From the NCBI GenBank assembly GCA_049860595.1, contig CP187551.1: DNA of 64,000 nucleotides. One strand, 5' to 3'. The notes below the pieces were generated by a model. That model saw nothing but the letters and a program-made list of their open reading frames with translations, was not told where the DNA came from and made no database searches. The number at the start of each line of letters is the position of its first letter. Position 1 is the stretch's first letter. This DNA comes from Methanocaldococcus sp. 16A (GTDB lineage Archaea; AGJL01; Methanococci; Methanococcales; Methanocaldococcaceae). Made by a program: the position numbers and the translations under genes. Shown here piece by piece: positions 62,662 through 64,000 of the stretch.

Positions 62662-63186
62662 TTACAAATCATTTATTGTTCTAACAACTTTTCCTTTCTC
62701 TATCAACTTTATAATCAAATCCAAACTAACTGGCTTATAACCTAAAACCTCAACAGAAACATTAACTCTATTTCTTTTAGGATTTATAAATGGATATTCA
62801 TCTAAGTGATTTGCGTGGTGATGCCCATGAATAACCCAACCTTCGAAGTTTAAAGCATAAGAGCTATCTGGATTATGAACTAACATGAATTTATAGCCAT
62901 CATATTCAATTATTTTAAATTTTTCACCAAATTTGTCATGATTTCCTTTTATAAAGATTATTTCACCATTTAGTAATTCCATAAGCTCTTTAGCTCTTTT
63001 AGCTTTATTTTTACTTAAAATAAAATCACCTAAGAAATAAACAACATCTTTATCTCTAACAATATTATTCCAATTTTTTATTAGAGCTTTGTCCATTTCT
63101 TCAACACTTGAAAATGGTCTATTGCAGTATTTTATAATGTTTGCATGGTTAAAATGTGTATCAGAGATTAGATAAATTTTTCTCAT
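62662..63186 (-). CDS. Calcineurin-like metallophosphoesterase
   Basis: SDTHF, LGDF, GNHD, HGHHH, NVSVE. Confidence 0.9.
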   Translation of the reverse strand: MRKIYLISDTHFNHANIIKYCNRPFSSVEEMDKALIKNWNNIVRDKDVVYFLGDFILSKNKAKRAKELMELLNGEIIFIKGNHDKFGEKFKIIEYDGYKFMLVHNPDSSYALNFEGWVIHGHHHANHLDEYPFINPKRNRVNVSVEVLGYKPVSLDLIIKLIEKGKVVRTINDL

Positions 63187-63207
63187 AATTATCCCAAAAG
63201 TATAAAA

Positions 63208-63999
63208 TTATTTAAACCATGCATCTAATGTTTTCTGCTTTGTTTTATTTGTAATTAAATTATAGAGTTTATCAACATGCTTTTTAACTCTCTCATAGTT
63301 AAAATCATTTTCATCAACTAAAAATTTAATTATTCCTTCTTTATTAGGCAATTTTAAATTTAATGAATAATCATCAGTAACATTTGGTTTTTTAAATATC
63401 TCTCTAATTTTTTCATAGTTTTCAACTTCTTTTTTCAAAACATCTTTAGCTACTCCACTTCTAACGAGCTCGTAAGCTCTTTTAAATCCAATCCCCTTAA
63501 CACCTCCTGGATTGTAATCAGTTCCCATAAATATGGCTATATCAATCAAATCATCTAAAGAGATACTTAAATCTTCTAAAACCTCATTTAATTCAATGAG
63601 TTCTGGCATCTCCTTTGTTGTTGTTAAATTTCTAACAACCCTTGGTGAACCATACAACAAAGCATCATAATCTTGGCTTACAACTGCCCAAACGTCTCCT
63701 TTCTTTGCCATGTAGCTTGCTTGTGCCTCTCCCTCAGAAGGAGCTTCAACATAAGGGATCCCCATTAAACTTAATAAATATTTGCAATTCTCAACAATTT
63801 TTGGAGTTAAATAACTAACTCTCTTTGCATATTTAGCCGCTTCTTCAAAATTTTCTTTTTTAATTGCCTCTTTCATCTTACTCTCAGCTTTCTCCTTCAT
63901 CTCTCTTCTAAATTTTCTTGTTTTTTCCTTTAACTTTGGTGGCTCGCCATCAAAAACCCAGATTGGTGTTATATCATTTTCTAACAAATGGATAGTTTT
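63208..63999 (-). CDS. fen: Flap endonuclease 1, 5'-truncated by window edge
   Basis: VFDGEPP, APSEGEAQA, SQDYD, GTDYN, GIG.K.A, C-terminal PIP box QKTLDAWF. Confidence 0.97.
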   Translation of the reverse strand, partial: KTIHLLENDITPIWVFDGEPPKLKEKTRKFRREMKEKAESKMKEAIKKENFEEAAKYAKRVSYLTPKIVENCKYLLSLMGIPYVEAPSEGEAQASYMAKKGDVWAVVSQDYDALLYGSPRVVRNLTTTKEMPELIELNEVLEDLSISLDDLIDIAIFMGTDYNPGGVKGIGFKRAYELVRSGVAKDVLKKEVENYEKIREIFKKPNVTDDYSLNLKLPNKEGIIKFLVDENDFNYERVKKHVDKLYNLITNKTKQKTLDAWFK

Positions 64000-64000
64000 A

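Overview
This is an AT-rich, gene-dense chromosomal segment from a hyperthermophilic methanogenic archaeon, very probably Methanocaldococcus. Evidence includes methanogenesis markers 3 and 14, Ehb subunits, Fae-Hps, form III RuBisCO, archaeal SAM synthetase and GGTGA/GGAGG SD motifs. Gene content resembles shuffled M. jannaschii blocks; MJ numbers quoted are recalled, not searched. Most genes are housekeeping: r-proteins, DnaG, two tRNA-Gly, PycAB, TrpRS, LonB, intein-free GlmS, HisG/HisD, AroD, PyrK and FEN-1. The accessory genes are a type II R-M pair, an orphan C5 methyltransferase, and a 668-aa pentapeptide-repeat protein ending in a channel-like membrane module. The most unusual signals are non-coding: (1) a REP/BIME-like cluster of four GTA(T/G)-led bulged hairpins at 53.5-53.7 kb; (2) a covarying two-hairpin module at two convergent gene junctions; (3) six copies of a MITE-like element with 13-bp terminal inverted repeats; (4) copies of the pycB start site forming mini-uORFs; (5) a structured L7Ae leader. 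Also noted are a kinase gene lacking a canonical start codon, an A8 frameshift and a Pcc1/Pcc2-GNAT fusion. No CRISPR array, rRNA, transposase or intein was seen.
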